Assembly (NCBI GenBank): GCA_951406725.2
Contig: OX597826.1
Location: 76,756,001 to 76,820,000 of the forward strand
Length of the DNA stretch: 64,000 bases
Direction: 5' to 3'
Source of the DNA: Octopus vulgaris
Taxonomy: Eukaryota
Shown: positions 41,329-54,228 of the stretch, piece by piece
Layout of the letters: every line of letters begins with the position of its first letter
Position numbering within the stretch: the first letter of the stretch is position 1
Translations under genes and position numbers: made by a program
Notes under the pieces: model-generated
The model's database searches: none
Told to the model about the DNA's origin: nothing
Seen by the model: the letters and a program-made list of their open reading frames with translations, nothing else

Positions 41329-42353
41329 TTAAAATTTTTTTTTCCTTTCCCTTAATGTGAATTTCTCTGTATCAGTATGTTCCGGATGGTTGAGTCTGGG
41401 CTTGTACTTTTCAATGAAGAATGTTTCCTTGTTTAGTCTAATTTGTGTTGATGATCCGAAAGCACATTGGTAAAATGGAAATATTAAAAATTGTGGTAGT
41501 AGTTGCTTTGCGCATTTCTCAATGTGCTCACTAAAAGGTATCATTCTATATTCTGGGAATGCAATCTGTTGTCGATGCAGTGTGCATCTACGTCTGAGTG
41601 ATAGTCCCGTGGAACCCACGTAGTCTTGGTGGCAGCCCGAGCATTTTATGACATAAATTATGTTTTCAGAGGCACAAGTAAAGTTAGATTTGATCTTGAA
41701 TTTCTGTCCCTCTTTAAAGAGGAATTCTGATCCTTCTAGCAGGTTAGGACATGTTGCACAGTTCGATCTACCACATTTTTTAACTTTTGCATCCGTAATT
41801 TCAGAAGACAATTTTACCTTTGTGAGAATTTTTTTAAGTGATTTAGGCTGTTTGTAGCTTTTAATGATTTGGTGTATGTCAATTAGGGTGTTTTTGAGTT
41901 CTTGCAGTCTAAAGTTCCTGGTATTTTGTTCTGACACTATTGTGCATATCCTTCTTGCAAGGTTGAAGGGGATGTTTGTTTTAGTGTGTCTTGGGTGGCA
42001 TGAATTAAAGAGAAGGTATTGTTTGGCGTCTGTGGCTTTGTAGAAAATGTCTGTTTCTATTTTAAGGTTAATTTTTTAAATTAGTATATCCAAGAACGGG
42101 AGCTCCTTTTGGTTGTAATCCATTGTGAACTGTATATTTGGGTTTATGCTGTTCAATAGATTTTTAAATTTTAGGAGTTTATCTGTGTTTTCATTCCAGA
42201 GAATAAAACAATCGTCTAAGAATCGTTTCCAGTTCTCTTTTATGTATTGAGAGAGGGGATTTCCAAAGATTGATAAAGATTCCTGGTAAATGATTATTTC
42301 CATGTATCCCATAGTTAAGTTCGCAATGACTGGTGCTGCCCTTGTACCCATAG

Positions 42354-42357
<4 letters not shown>
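41329..42357 (-). pseudogene. Penelope RT (C-terminal half) + GIY-YIG endonuclease, one in-frame stop
   Basis: AMGTRAAPVIANLTMG...WKRFLDDCF...NPNIQFT...LPFLDILI*KINLKIETDIFYKATD...SCHPRH...CGRSNCATC...IIYVIKCSGCHQDYVGST. The two listed ORFs are in the same frame, separated only by TAA at 42076-42078. Confidence 0.9.
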
Positions 42358-42388
<31 letters not shown>

Positions 42389-43631
42389 CACGCACACACA
42401 AACACACACACACACACAATATGCTTCCATCCTCTTTCTGTTTACCAAATTATCATACAAGGCGTTTCTCGGACCCTTGGAATCTAGTTGAAGACAATTC
42501 TGCAAGGTGCTATGCAGAAGGATTGAATCCGAAACCATGTATTTGCGATGTGAACTCCTCAACAACACAGCCAGCCATCCATCCATCCATCCAGCTACCC
42601 ATCCACTCAGCCATCCGTCCCTCCGTCCACTCAGCTAGCTACCCCTCCACCCAGCCATCAGTCCCACCGTCCACCCAACTAGCCACCAAAGCCACCTCTT
42701 CATCCATTCATCCGCCCATCCAGCGATCCACCCGTCCATTCACCGCCCTCCCACCTTCCCACCCACATACACATATAGCGTATGAGGGAACGAAAACGGC
42801 ACAGCTAATGTCGAAGTTTGTTTGGCGTCGGAGTCAGCTGATCTCAGAGCTAAGCTGAGACCAATCGGCAACAAGCAACACCGTTATGATCAGTACAACA
42901 GAGTACGTAATACAAACGTCTCCTTCTAATGTCAGGGGAAATAATGACCGATTTGTGGAAGCGGATGTTGCGCGGATTATGTTACTTTATAAATCACAAA
43001 TTATTACAAATGCAAGTTTCTGAAACTTTCGGCTAATTAATTTCCAGTTAATGAGCTTGATGGTTCGATTTCTTCATTAGAGGAAGTCGGCAACATATTT
43101 CCGGTTTATAGTCTTGTAGCAGATTGTAAAGCTGCTCTTTAGATGTGGCACATCAGGCGCAGACCAACAGCAGCAGCAACAGCATCATCTGCAGAGATAA
43201 TCAACAGTAAGCGCAAAAAGTCAGAGAGGAACACCTATGTGGTTACACGAACGGCTGAAAATAGCAGCGAAATCCGACTCAAATCTCACACTAATTAGAA
43301 TGAACAAATTATTCGGGATTCAGTTATTGACAGGCAATGATCACGTGATAACGCGTATTTGGTATCAAATGAAAGCGTAATATAAAGCGATCTCGAATGA
43401 CTCTTACATGGCCACTCTATGTGCTAAAAATAGTAACAGAATTTCCTGGAGATACTTAATCATTTGAACAGGAATCCTACAATGCTCGGTTAAGATCAGT
43501 TGTTAAATTCGGTATAGTCGATGTGGGTCAATCATTTGTCTGTGTGCAAGTGTGTGCGCGCGTATACATAAATATATTCACACATACATTGAGATACACA
43601 CATATATATGCGTATGTGTATGCTTATAGTG

Positions 43632-43965
43632 AAGGCGCATGGCTCAGTGGTTAGAGCGTCGAGCTTACGATCGTGAGGTTGTGAGCTCGAATCCCGGACC
43701 GGGCTGCGTGTTGTGTTCTTGAGCAAGGCACTTTATTTCACGTTGCTCCAGTTCACTCCGCTGTAGAAATGAGCTGCGACGTCACTGGTGCCAAGCTGTA
43801 TCGACCTTTGTCTTTCCCTTGGATAACACTGGTGGCGTGGAGAGGGGAGGCTGGTATTAATGGGCGACTGCTGGTCTTCCATAAACAACCTTGCCCGGAC
43901 TTGTGTCTAGGAGGGTAACTTTCTAGGTGCAATCCCATGGTCATTCATGACCGAAGGGGGTCTTT
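43632..43965 (+). mobile_element. SINE family C, full-length young copy
   Basis: ggcgcatggctcagtggttagagcg...gcaatcccatggtcattcatgaccgaaggggg. Confidence 0.9.
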
Positions 43966-43996
43966 TTTTGTATGCTTATGTATGTATGTATATATG

Positions 43997-44177
43997 TTCT
44001 CTTCTATCTTTAATCTTCAATCTTTAATCCTCTGAAGAAGGATATAGTTTCTAACAAAGATACAAAGCTCCTTCGTTTGGAATGTTAGCAGTAAAAATAA
44101 TTTCACATTTTAAAACTGAGAAACGTCTTGCGTATTCTTACAGTTCCACTTACAATTGTATTCTTAATGTCCGAATT
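43997..44177 (-). mobile_element. Short element embedded in (TATG)n with an HHR-like/pseudoknot motif
   Basis: Minus strand reads ttccaaacgaaggagctttgtatctttgttagaaactatatccttc; homologous motif at 47030-47078. Confidence 0.5.
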
Positions 44178-44220
44178 ATGTATGTATGTATGTATGTATG
44201 TCTGTCTGTCTGTATGTATG

Positions 44221-44251
<31 letters not shown>

Positions 44252-44901
44252 GTATGTATGTATGTATGTATGTATGTATGCATGTATGTATGTATGTATG
44301 TATGTATGTATGTATGTATGTATGTATGTATGTATGTATGTACTATTCTCTATTTTATTCTGGTGTCTGCTTCACTCACAACTAACCATTGATCCCTGCA
44401 CTGGGAAACTGTTCTCCACGGCTTTGGACTAGGAGAAATTCTTTTTTATCTCTTTACTGCATTTCTGGATATTAATAATTTGCCAGTTCACCAGTCCACA
44501 GTTTTAATTTATTGGATCTTTTCTACACTAGAATCAACTCTGAGCCTGTTCTCATGTCACCACAAACATCTTATAAACGGTGGCGTCATATCAAGCAAAC
44601 TTACTGCAAGGAAACCAAACAGAAGTGTTCAAACTGCTATACAAAATTCAAAGTCTAATATAAATATGAAGCCTTAGACATTTAATAATTGGATGAAACA
44701 GTTAATTAAAAATCGATTCGTCTTCCGTAGTATTTGAACTCAAGATACGACGCCATGTGTTTAGACGTACATTATGTCAGCAGTGATTTCATTCTACAAC
44801 ACTGCTTCATAGAACGGAATTGACGATACACTTTCGATTCCTGATTGGAGCCTTACCTCGTTATAACATTTCCATTCAAATCGTTGTGTATGTAACTCTT
44901 A

Positions 44902-45158
44902 CCTTTTATTTGTCTCAGTCGTTAGACTGCGGCCATGCTGGGGTTCCGCCTTGAAGAATTTTACTCGGGAGAATCAAGCCAAGTTTTTATTTTTTAAAGT
45001 CTGGTACTTACTGTATCGATCTCTTTTACCGAACCTCGAAATTACGAGGTCGTAAACATACCAACACCGGCTTTCAAGTAGTGGCGGGGGACAAGCATAG
45101 ACACAAAAACTTAACACCCACCTATCACACACAAACACACATCTATCTATCGACACAC

Positions 45159-45215
<57 letters not shown>

Positions 45216-45360
45216 TAGGCTTCTTTCCGTTTCCATCAGCCAAATCCGCTTACAAGGCTTTGGTCGGCCCGAGATTATAGTAGAAGACAAATGCTGAAGT
45301 TACCACGCAATGAGACTGAACCTACGATCAGGAGGTTGGGAAGCAAACTTCTTGCACGTT
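44902..45360 (-). mobile_element. SINE family B
   Basis: gactgcggccatgctgggg...acaaggctttggtcggcccgag...gactgaacc. Confidence 0.8.
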
Positions 45361-46918
45361 ACCAATTCCCCCCAAAATTTCAGGCCTTGTGCCAATAGCA
45401 GAAAGGATGATCAGTATTAAAAATATTATTGTCATCATCGTCATTATTATTAATCATAACATTATTAATAGTTTATGCATTTATTTTCTTGCTTGTTGTG
45501 TTCTACTCACTTTTTTTTACAGGGAAGCTATTTCAATAAAGTCTCTCCCCGACAACCATGGACCCCAAACGGAATTTTTTCGAACGGTAACATACTTCTT
45601 CACTACGTTATTCATTGCAGGGAAATGTTGTGTTATAATTGTTGTTGTCGTTGTTTTTTTAATGCAAGTTCGTCTGGATCAAACAGATTGAAGATCAAAG
45701 GTATTCCAGTTCTGACCAGATCCCATATTTTATTCAGACATTGCGTTTCTAGAAATACATTTCTGTTTCTTTTCTTCTTTTTTTGTTTGTTTTTAGAGTG
45801 GACGTGAATTGAGGTGAAGCGACCATAATATTTCTAACAGGTCGGTCAACTACGCAGAGATTCTTTCGTTGTCTCATGACAAATTAATAATGGATGAACT
45901 TGAAGAAGGACATTTAAAGAAGTTGTCTTGTGTTACATTAGTGAAGTGCCAACCGTCGACTGCCACAGTAGCATGTGATCGTACATCTTGCCTTATAAAT
46001 GTGTCGTCTTTCTTTTTGGCAAAATAACCAAGTCCAACACATTTCATATTTGATATTCGAAATGACGTGTCGAGTATTCATAACAGGATGATGTATCTAG
46101 CAGATCAAAATCACTTATCTGATATCAAGTCACGTGTTACTTCGATGAGAAACGTCATTTATCATCTTCTCTTTCCTTTCCTCCAAATAAAATAACGCTT
46201 TTCTGACGACTTTGTCTGCGTCAGACAACAAGACACTTCGCCATAACTGCACGCTTTTATCAGCCCCAGAAAGTGATAATTCAGATTTAACATATTGATT
46301 TGTGAGTAAATTAAGTATTCATCATCTCCCTGTTGCCAATCACTTCGTACATCCAAATCATCGATCACCTTTTAACTCCATTTATCAGCATATTTGTCAC
46401 ACGAAAACCAGTTAATTAATTCATTATCACAAAATATGAAGCACCTATGATTAAACATTACATGGACACCACAGAATATTACATTATAAAACGAAAGCAT
46501 TAAAACCAAAGAGACGTGGAGAAAAATATATTGTTGTTGTGACTTTAAAGAATTAACAAAGAGAGACACACGTGCGTAGACATGTAAGGGTTGAATGGCG
46601 ACCAAATGTCTTGCAGAAACCGTTCTGATATTATCGGTCCTGAGTTCTCACTTTGTTGAGGTTGCCGATAAATAAAGTACCGGGCGAGTGCTAGGGACGT
46701 CTTTCTCTCTTTTTAGTCTTACAGCTGCAATGGTCTATCAGAGAATGGTAAAAAAAAAATATTCACAATAGAGAAGGATGGAGCTAAGGACTATGAACCA
46801 CTTCTCACCTGGTGAAATACTAATATCACCCTGTGAAACAAGAGAATATGGCGGATGTGAAGAGCGATGTGATGAGTAATATGGTAAGGACCAGGTGGAA
46901 TACACATACACACACACA

Positions 46919-46963
<45 letters not shown>

Positions 46964-46998
46964 AAGTATGTATTTATGTATGTATGTAGGTATATATG

Positions 46999-47100
46999 TC
47001 AGTTTATTTCAAGATTTCTTGCCAATAGAGAAAGAACCGGTTTCTAACCTAGATCCAAGGTTCCTTCATTGGAATTTCAAGATCAACAACAGGGTATTTT
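46999..47100 (-). mobile_element. Short element embedded in TATG-type repeat with an HHR-like/pseudoknot motif
   Basis: Minus strand reads gaaattccaatgaaggaaccttggatctaggttagaaaccggttctttc. Confidence 0.5.
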
Positions 47101-47276
47101 TGTATGTATTGATGGATGAATAGATGGAGGGAGGGAGGGAGGGAATGGCTGGATGGGGGACAGAGGGAGTGGTGGATGGTTGGATGGTTGGATGGACGGG
47201 TAGATGGAGGAAGGGAGAAATCGATGGATGGTTGGACAACTCTATATGAAAGGATTATTCAATTAAGTTGACCGCA

Positions 47277-47520
47277 GGGCTTCTTTTCAGTTTCTAGTTT
47301 GCCGAAATACTAGTTTTCAGTGACATAAACGAACCAACGCAGAACGAATTCTAAGAGGTATATAAACACAGATTCCCACATGCAAACGTATGAGCGCGCG
47401 TGCATGATCGGATTCTGCTCAGTTTCCGTCTACTAAATTCATTCACAAGACATTCGCTATCGCAGTGCTATATAAGACGATTTATGCTGAAGGTTCCACG
47501 CGTGGAACTGAGCCACGGCT
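47277..47520 (-). mobile_element. SINE family B, degenerate
   Basis: cagtttccgtctactaaattcattcacaag...aggttccacgcgtggaactgagcc. Confidence 0.55.
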
Positions 47521-48231
47521 TCGTTGTTTCCATTGCAGCTGTCCAAATCGCATCTTACGGCCTTTACAGTGTTCGCGGAGCATCGAGCAGTAGTCATGAG
47601 GTCGGCATTTTGATACCGGCGCAAATCATCCTGATACAAGCAACTCTTTACCAATATTCAGATGGCTTCCTGTCCTCCATGTCCGCTAACTTTTTCAACT
47701 ACAACTTAATTCTTTACGATCACCAACATCTTCCACTGTGCAGCCAATGCATCAAGCACTTCCTGCAAACATGAGACATAAAACATCATCAAATTTACTC
47801 CGAACATCCTGTGCACACATGCGCGCGCGCTGCTCGCAGATACACACAGTCGCACCTTCATGGCTTAAAGGGCCTTAAAAAAGTTAAGCACTATTCTTTT
47901 ATGCTTTTACTGGTTCTAACCATTAGACTGAAGCTATACGGGGGCACCCATTGTCTAGAATTCTTTTCGATTATATCCACCCAAGCACTCATTCTATTCA
48001 GAGAGATATTTCATCGGAATCTATTTGTGGAATCGCAAAGGTGACACAACATGTTTTTGCTTTTTGTTGTGTTTTTTATTTTTTTAGAATTTTGTAAACA
48101 TTAACACTGATATAAACACAGTCACAGATATATCAGTCGCCAAGTTTAGGAAGGACTTGGTTGTAGGTACGCCTCTTCTCTCAAAGCTGATCTGGTCTTA
48201 AACAATGGTAACAACAAAAGCAACAACAGCA

Positions 48232-48422
48232 GTGGAAGCGCAATGGCGAAGTGGTTAGGACAACGGACTCGCAGTTGTAAGAACGCAGTTTCGATTCTCA
48301 GACCGGGCATTGTGAGTGTTTATTGCGCAAAACACCTAAGCTCCACAAGGCACCGGTGGCGGGTAGGTGAACACCGCTGTACTCTTTCACCACAACTTTC
48401 TCTCACTCTTTCCTCCTACTTC
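48232..48422 (+). mobile_element. SINE family E, 5' half
   Basis: Homologous to the reverse complement of about 9800-10006. Confidence 0.75.
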
Positions 48423-49549
48423 TGCCACAAAGCAGAAGAACCATGGTGTAACCCACTATGGTGTGGTAAACTTTCAGACCCTAGTCTAAATTGCGAATCC
48501 TCTGTACCCCAGGATGGTTCAGCTCTCCACCCATGAAAAGCCTCCGTTTACGGAATGAGGATAACAACGTAGCTTTCGCGCCCGTGCAACTGCCTGTCTA
48601 TCGCGTGTGGTGGGTGGATCCTCAAGTTGCCTCCCGCATTCTTAGTAGCTTAGACTAGGCTGGAATTAGAGAATATTCTTCGTGGCAAATAGCGTGAGTC
48701 CTGGTTGGAAGAAAAAGAAGAACAACAGTAATAACAATAAAAACTGCTTCCACCTGTTAGTCTGTAGATGTTCACGTTAGCAAACAACTGTGTCTCAAAA
48801 GGCAAATACTAGAGGTTTTTAATAGCAATCTCAAAATTCTATCAAATTTAAACCTACGGCCGCAGCTGATGTCGATATGCATTTGGTCTGCAGCTGCCGT
48901 TTTGATGCCTTAACAACTAAACATACGGCATTTAACAAGTTCTCTTCCTCGGCTCACATGTATAGATACGCATATACATACTCGCACAAACTCACGCATT
49001 AAATTACTGGTAAAATTATTAATGTGTCGCTCCAATGCTATAACGTCCACTAAAACATCGCTAAATTTTCCTTTTTAGCCAATACTGCGTGTCACGAGGA
49101 TTGTAATCATCTCGTCAGTACAGTATGAAGGTGGTCAAGAAAGGGGGGAGCATTTATTTGCACGTTGCGATTCGGGTTAGAGTTGCTCCCGCGAATCAAC
49201 CAATTCACTGCTTTTAAGCCATCTCATAACATTAGGGGTTGCAGAAAACTGGATAGATAAGTTTACATATTTAGCAATTTTCGCATTCTCTCACACACTC
49301 ACACACACACACACACATACACACACACTGTCTCTTTCCCTTTCTCTTATGCGTACGCACACACGTCATACACACACACACACACACACACATATAATTC
49401 TCTTCCACACATTTTCCGGCTTACAAATTCACTGAGAAAGAATTATTCGTACGGGACAATAGTTGAAAGCAACACTGGCCCAATGTATTATTATGTTGTG
49501 GGAGTACTCTTGCAGCCATGTGGTTGCGAATAGAACTTCTTGCCGTGTG

Positions 49550-49625
49550 GGGAAAATCCATTGGGTGGGAGATGACGTCAACCTCCCTGCGCATGCGTGA
49601 AAATTTCCGCGATGGTAGGCCGCAC
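49550..49625. promoter_or_regulatory. Candidate promoter/enhancer motif cluster
   Basis: ATTGG (49560-64), perfect CRE TGACGTCA (49573-80), NRF1-like TGCGCATGCGT (49588-98) and E2F-like TTTCCGCG within ~55 bp of locally CpG-rich unique DNA. Confidence 0.45.
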
Positions 49626-50424
49626 CAGTTCCCGGCTGTTTCCTGCCCTTTAGGCCTAGAGTACAGATTCGGCATTATTTTGGGCATGGAAAACACCCCA
49701 CATATTTGGCAGAGAGAGTGTGTATAGAAAGAGAAAATTAAAGAGAGATAAATCATTTGTATTGTAAAAGATTAATTTTAGCCAGTTAACTCTTTCAGAA
49801 ACATAAAAACAAACACACTCTTGGTAGTTTATTGAATAGAAGGAGAGAAAGGAGGGGACAGAGAGAGAGAGACAGAGGGAGAGAGGGAGATAGGGAGAGA
49901 GAGAGAGAGAGGGAGACAGAGAAGGAGAGTGTGTGTGCGTGTGTGTGTCAGCTAGGAATATTTCTGTATAAGTGTAGAGTGCAGTTGAATCTCTGAGGTT
50001 GTTAAACACATAAAAAGTAGCAAAGCGTGAACTTGTGTTTAGGGCTGAGTCATCTCCGAGGGATGAGAAGGGGTGGGTTGGGATGGGGGAAATGAGATGG
50101 AAAATAAATGAGTATCGAAAAAATGTGATGTGCTAATTAATCAAGGACGAAGATGAAATGCAAACGGACATAATACTGGAAAGTCTGCGAAGCAAGAAGT
50201 AACACCTGAATGAAAAAAACTGGATCAGTACTTCGGATGATTATTACGATTGCTTACTTTGCAGCAAGGCTTCGGCTATTATGGATGTCCAGTCCAGAAA
50301 GCACGGACTTCATCCTGTTACGCTGATACCATTGCTGTAGATATTTCTTCTCTTCTTCGGAGAAAACCACTTAATTTTTATTCATTTATTTTATTATTGA
50401 GACTCTCAGTATATCAAAGAACAC

Positions 50425-50670
50425 GGAGGAGCATGGCTAAGTGGTTAGAATGTTAGGCTCCTAATCTTAAAATCGTGGTTTCGATTCCTGGACCGGACGA
50501 TGCGTTGTGTTCTTATGCAAAACACAATATTTCGCGTTGGTCTAGTCCACTCAGCTTGTAAAAATGAGTAATTGTGAGACAGACCGGCGTCTCATCCAGG
50601 GAGGAATATTTATACGCCAGAGAAACCAGGAAACTGTTTCTATGCTCCCTAAGGAGTAACGGGGACTAAA
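50425..50670 (+). mobile_element. SINE family D
   Basis: ggaggagcatggctaagtggttag...ttcgattcctggaccgg...gtccactcagcttgtaaaaatgagt. Confidence 0.75.
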
Positions 50671-50869
50671 ACCCTTGTCCCACCCCCATATACCCAAGAA
50701 TGGGGCAACTAATAGAATCGTTTGATCGTCGGAAAGAATGGGTTCTGTCATTTGTTCTGGTTCTTTACTTCCTGAGTTGAAATCACAGCAGTAAAATTCG
50801 AGCAGTACTCATATCAACAAAAACACCACTGTTCTCTCTCTAAACATGTTGGATACTCGCTTACCGCCC

Positions 50870-51000
50870 TCACAACTGCTCCAAATGTAGGGTCTGGTTG
50901 TCACCAAGGATCTCGCAGGCGAAAGCACGTCTTTGGTACACCATACGACCACAGAGAACCAGACGACGTTCAGCCGTCAACAGTTGCTGCCATTCTAACG
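50870..51000 (-). mobile_element. Possible RTE-type LINE C-terminal fragment next to (TAGA)n
   Basis: QLLTAERRLVLCGRMV...ACEILG loosely resembles the RTE RRLxxxGH region. Confidence 0.3.
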
Positions 51001-51019
51001 TAGATAGATAGATAGATAA

Positions 51020-51126
<107 letters not shown>

Positions 51127-51140
51127 CGTATTGCATAAGA

Positions 51141-51545
51141 AGGCAGCGAGGTGGCAGAAACGTTAGCACGCCAGCGAAATGCTTACGGTATTTCGTCTGT
51201 CTTTATATTCTGAGTTCAAATTCCGCCGAGGTCGACTTTGCCTTTCATCCTTTCGGGGTCGATAAATTAAGTACCAGTTACGCACTGGAGTCGATAAAAT
51301 CGATTTAATCCGTTTGTCTGTCCTTGTTTGTCCCCTCTGTGTTTAGCCCCTTGTGGGTAGAAAAGAAATAGGTATTTCGTCTGCCGTTACGTACTGAGTT
51401 CAAACTCTGCCGAGGTTGACTTTGCCTTTCATCCTTTCGGGGTCGATAAATTAAGTACCAGTTACGTACTGGGGTCGATATAATCGACTTAATCCCTCTA
51501 TCTGTCATCTATGTTTAGTCCCTTGTGGGCAATAAAGAAATAAGA
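51141..51545 (+). mobile_element. SINE family A dimer
   Basis: Head plus two cores joined at aagaaataggtatttcgtct. Confidence 0.9.
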
Positions 51546-52519
51546 TACATATTTCATAATTTCATCTGAGTGTTTTTAAATTTAATTTTAACCTATATTT
51601 TCAAGGATTCCTGACAGTTTTCTTCCATTAGCTCATTAATTTCAATTGATTAAATTTACATTTTTCCATGATCGTTAAGCATCCCATTAGCTATAACATT
51701 ATTTTTGGTGTTATTTTTTGTTACTATTGATCAAATGGAACACGTCACTCGAGCCAGTGTTTGTGTATGCGGTAATGGTATAAATAAAACTTAGATTTCT
51801 TAGTTTTATTTACATAGTCACTCAGTTTTCAAAATCGAAATTCAATATAAATATTGGACCTCCAGATCGTACGTTATCCGACAGACATAACGGATCGAGT
51901 ATTCTCCCTGCATCAAATTGTCTTATAATCAGGCATAGTATGTCAAGCTATCGTTCTTTCTATTTTTTACTATCTTCTGTTATGATTTGCTGTAGATTTA
52001 ATAGTAAGTGTTGCAAGGTGCATGACCTGGAAGATGATGCTTAACTGATTCATAAAGACAAACCCATTTGCGTTCTAGTACTTCGATTATTGGTGTTCTG
52101 TCTATATTTGTTTTATGCATTTCTCTTCGTTTACCAAGATATCATTACCTGTCACCATTCCATCATTCAACACCCCACCTAGCATTTTCCTTTATAACGA
52201 GAATAAATGAAAGGATAAGAGCCAGACAACTGCTGGCCTTGATTCGATCAACTGTATTTCCAAAACGCCTAATCTGTGAGGTAAGGTTTGCGTATGGAGC
52301 TGCCTCCTGTCATTTCACCGTAACATAAAGGCTGTGGTCAGTCGCCCTGCGTTAGACTGCAGCATAAAGTTAGCAGTTTAAAAGTACAGTTTTGGCTACA
52401 TTGGCAATGATTAAACGTTGGTTTCTAGAAGGACGAAAACAGCTTCAGAAGCAACAACAACAACAACAACAGAGTATATTGCTACTTCGATGATGTAAAG
52501 AAGGCTATATATATATATA

Positions 52520-52853
<334 letters not shown>

Positions 52854-53671
52854 ATGGCGGTGTCCTAGCATGGCCGCAGGTCCTGAGCTGAAGCTAGCTG
52901 AAATGAAATGGAAATGAAATATATAAAAGTTATGATTTGCAGGAGATAGTGTGCGTACGTATGTATGTACGTACGTACGAGTGTATATGTATATACACAC
53001 ACGCACATACACACACAAAATCACACACGCATACACACACACACGCACACACACACACACACACACACAAACATGATCTTTATTGAAGTGACAAGTCAAA
53101 TACTGGGCGTTTCCCTTTGCAGAAAACATTTTGCTTCCATCCGTGTGAATGTGTCACTCATATATACTGTAGTAGTAAATCCTTTGATAAATAAAGAAAG
53201 TTTCAAAATACAAAAGCTTCTGTTGTCATTGATTTGTTCATTGTATATGTTTATTGGAGCGTTTCCTCTATCTAGCAGCTATTAGTGGCAATGATTAGCC
53301 TTAAGGGCAACGGGCCGAGGGCTTGGTTCAGAAACAATTGCTTTGTTAAATGGCCAACAAGACTACTTGTGCATCCTGTCGTGTATTGAGCGGTAAGGTC
53401 TAAATATGGTTCTCGCGCATACACTGACCGTCAGATACTGCAGGTCCCGTAAGAATGCATTCGTAGGCTGCGCTATTTGCTGCGGTAATGAACTTGCACG
53501 TGGACTATTTGTAGTGATCATTGTCATTCTTAGTTGAATTAATATATACTGTTCTTTAGTAATCGCTTCCTTTCTTTATCCTACTAATGTCGGATACCCA
53601 CATACGTCACAGGCACTAGACTTACTGCTTTTACTAAATCATACTAAAATATTACCGGAATGTAAGGTTGT

Positions 53672-53880
53672 GAGCTGCCAGACACGTTAGCACGTCGGGC
53701 AAAATGCTTAGCGGCATTTCGTCTGTCTTTACGTTCTGAGCTCAAATTCCGCCGAGGTCGACTTTACCCTTCATCCTTTCGGGATCAATAAATTAAATAC
53801 CAGTTGCGTACTGGGGTCGATCTAATTGACTGGTCTCCTCCACCAAAATTCCGATCCGTGTACCTAGAATAAAAAAGAAT
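53672..53880 (+). mobile_element. SINE family A monomer
   Basis: Near consensus. Confidence 0.85.
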
Positions 53881-53989
53881 CTTTAGCACGCCAGTATTTG
53901 AGGGCGACATTCCAACTGTTGTCTATTAACCTCCTTCAACTGGGAGCAATCTATCGCTCAAACGGTTCCCTCTTAGGAAACGCTGAAAT

Positions 53990-54228
53990 TGTTCAACTCG
54001 TTCTCTTCCTACACGTTTATCTGTGTGCTTCATTCTACGGCTTCATTCGCAAGTATATGGTTCTAAGCTTCGCTGGGCTGAGGAGAAAGGTGTTGATATC
54101 AGAAGAGGATTGCGCGAACGCGGTAGCCGAGGTAGGGCTCTAAAAATTTTCTCAAGTGTAAAGCCTCATCTTTCCGCAGTTGAATGGTAATTTATCAAAA
54201 CCCGTGCAACGCCGGGTACTACTGCTAG
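53990..54228 (+). mobile_element. Helitron 3' end (5' boundary uncertain)
   Basis: aaaacccgtgcaacgccgggtactactgCTAG|t; same terminal hairpin type as the 20186 element. Confidence 0.7.

Larger units (their letters stand above)
41000..42357 (-). mobile_element. Penelope-like retroelement, 5'-truncated, flanked by (TA)n
   Basis: RT and GIY-YIG coding region plus a ~330-bp 3' region with a hammerhead-like motif. (TA)n at 40979-40998 and 42356-42385. Confidence 0.9.

Noticed and set aside
43632-43705. tRNA-like sequences (also at 6311, 29748, 32234, 37262, 48232)
   Set aside because: A/B boxes are present, but there is no proper acceptor stem and each continues into a shared SINE body; these are SINE heads, not tRNA genes.
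46162-46368. 68-aa complex-looking minus ORF (DDLDVRSDWQQGDDEY...)
   Set aside because: No recognisable homology or clean splice signals; length is expected by chance.
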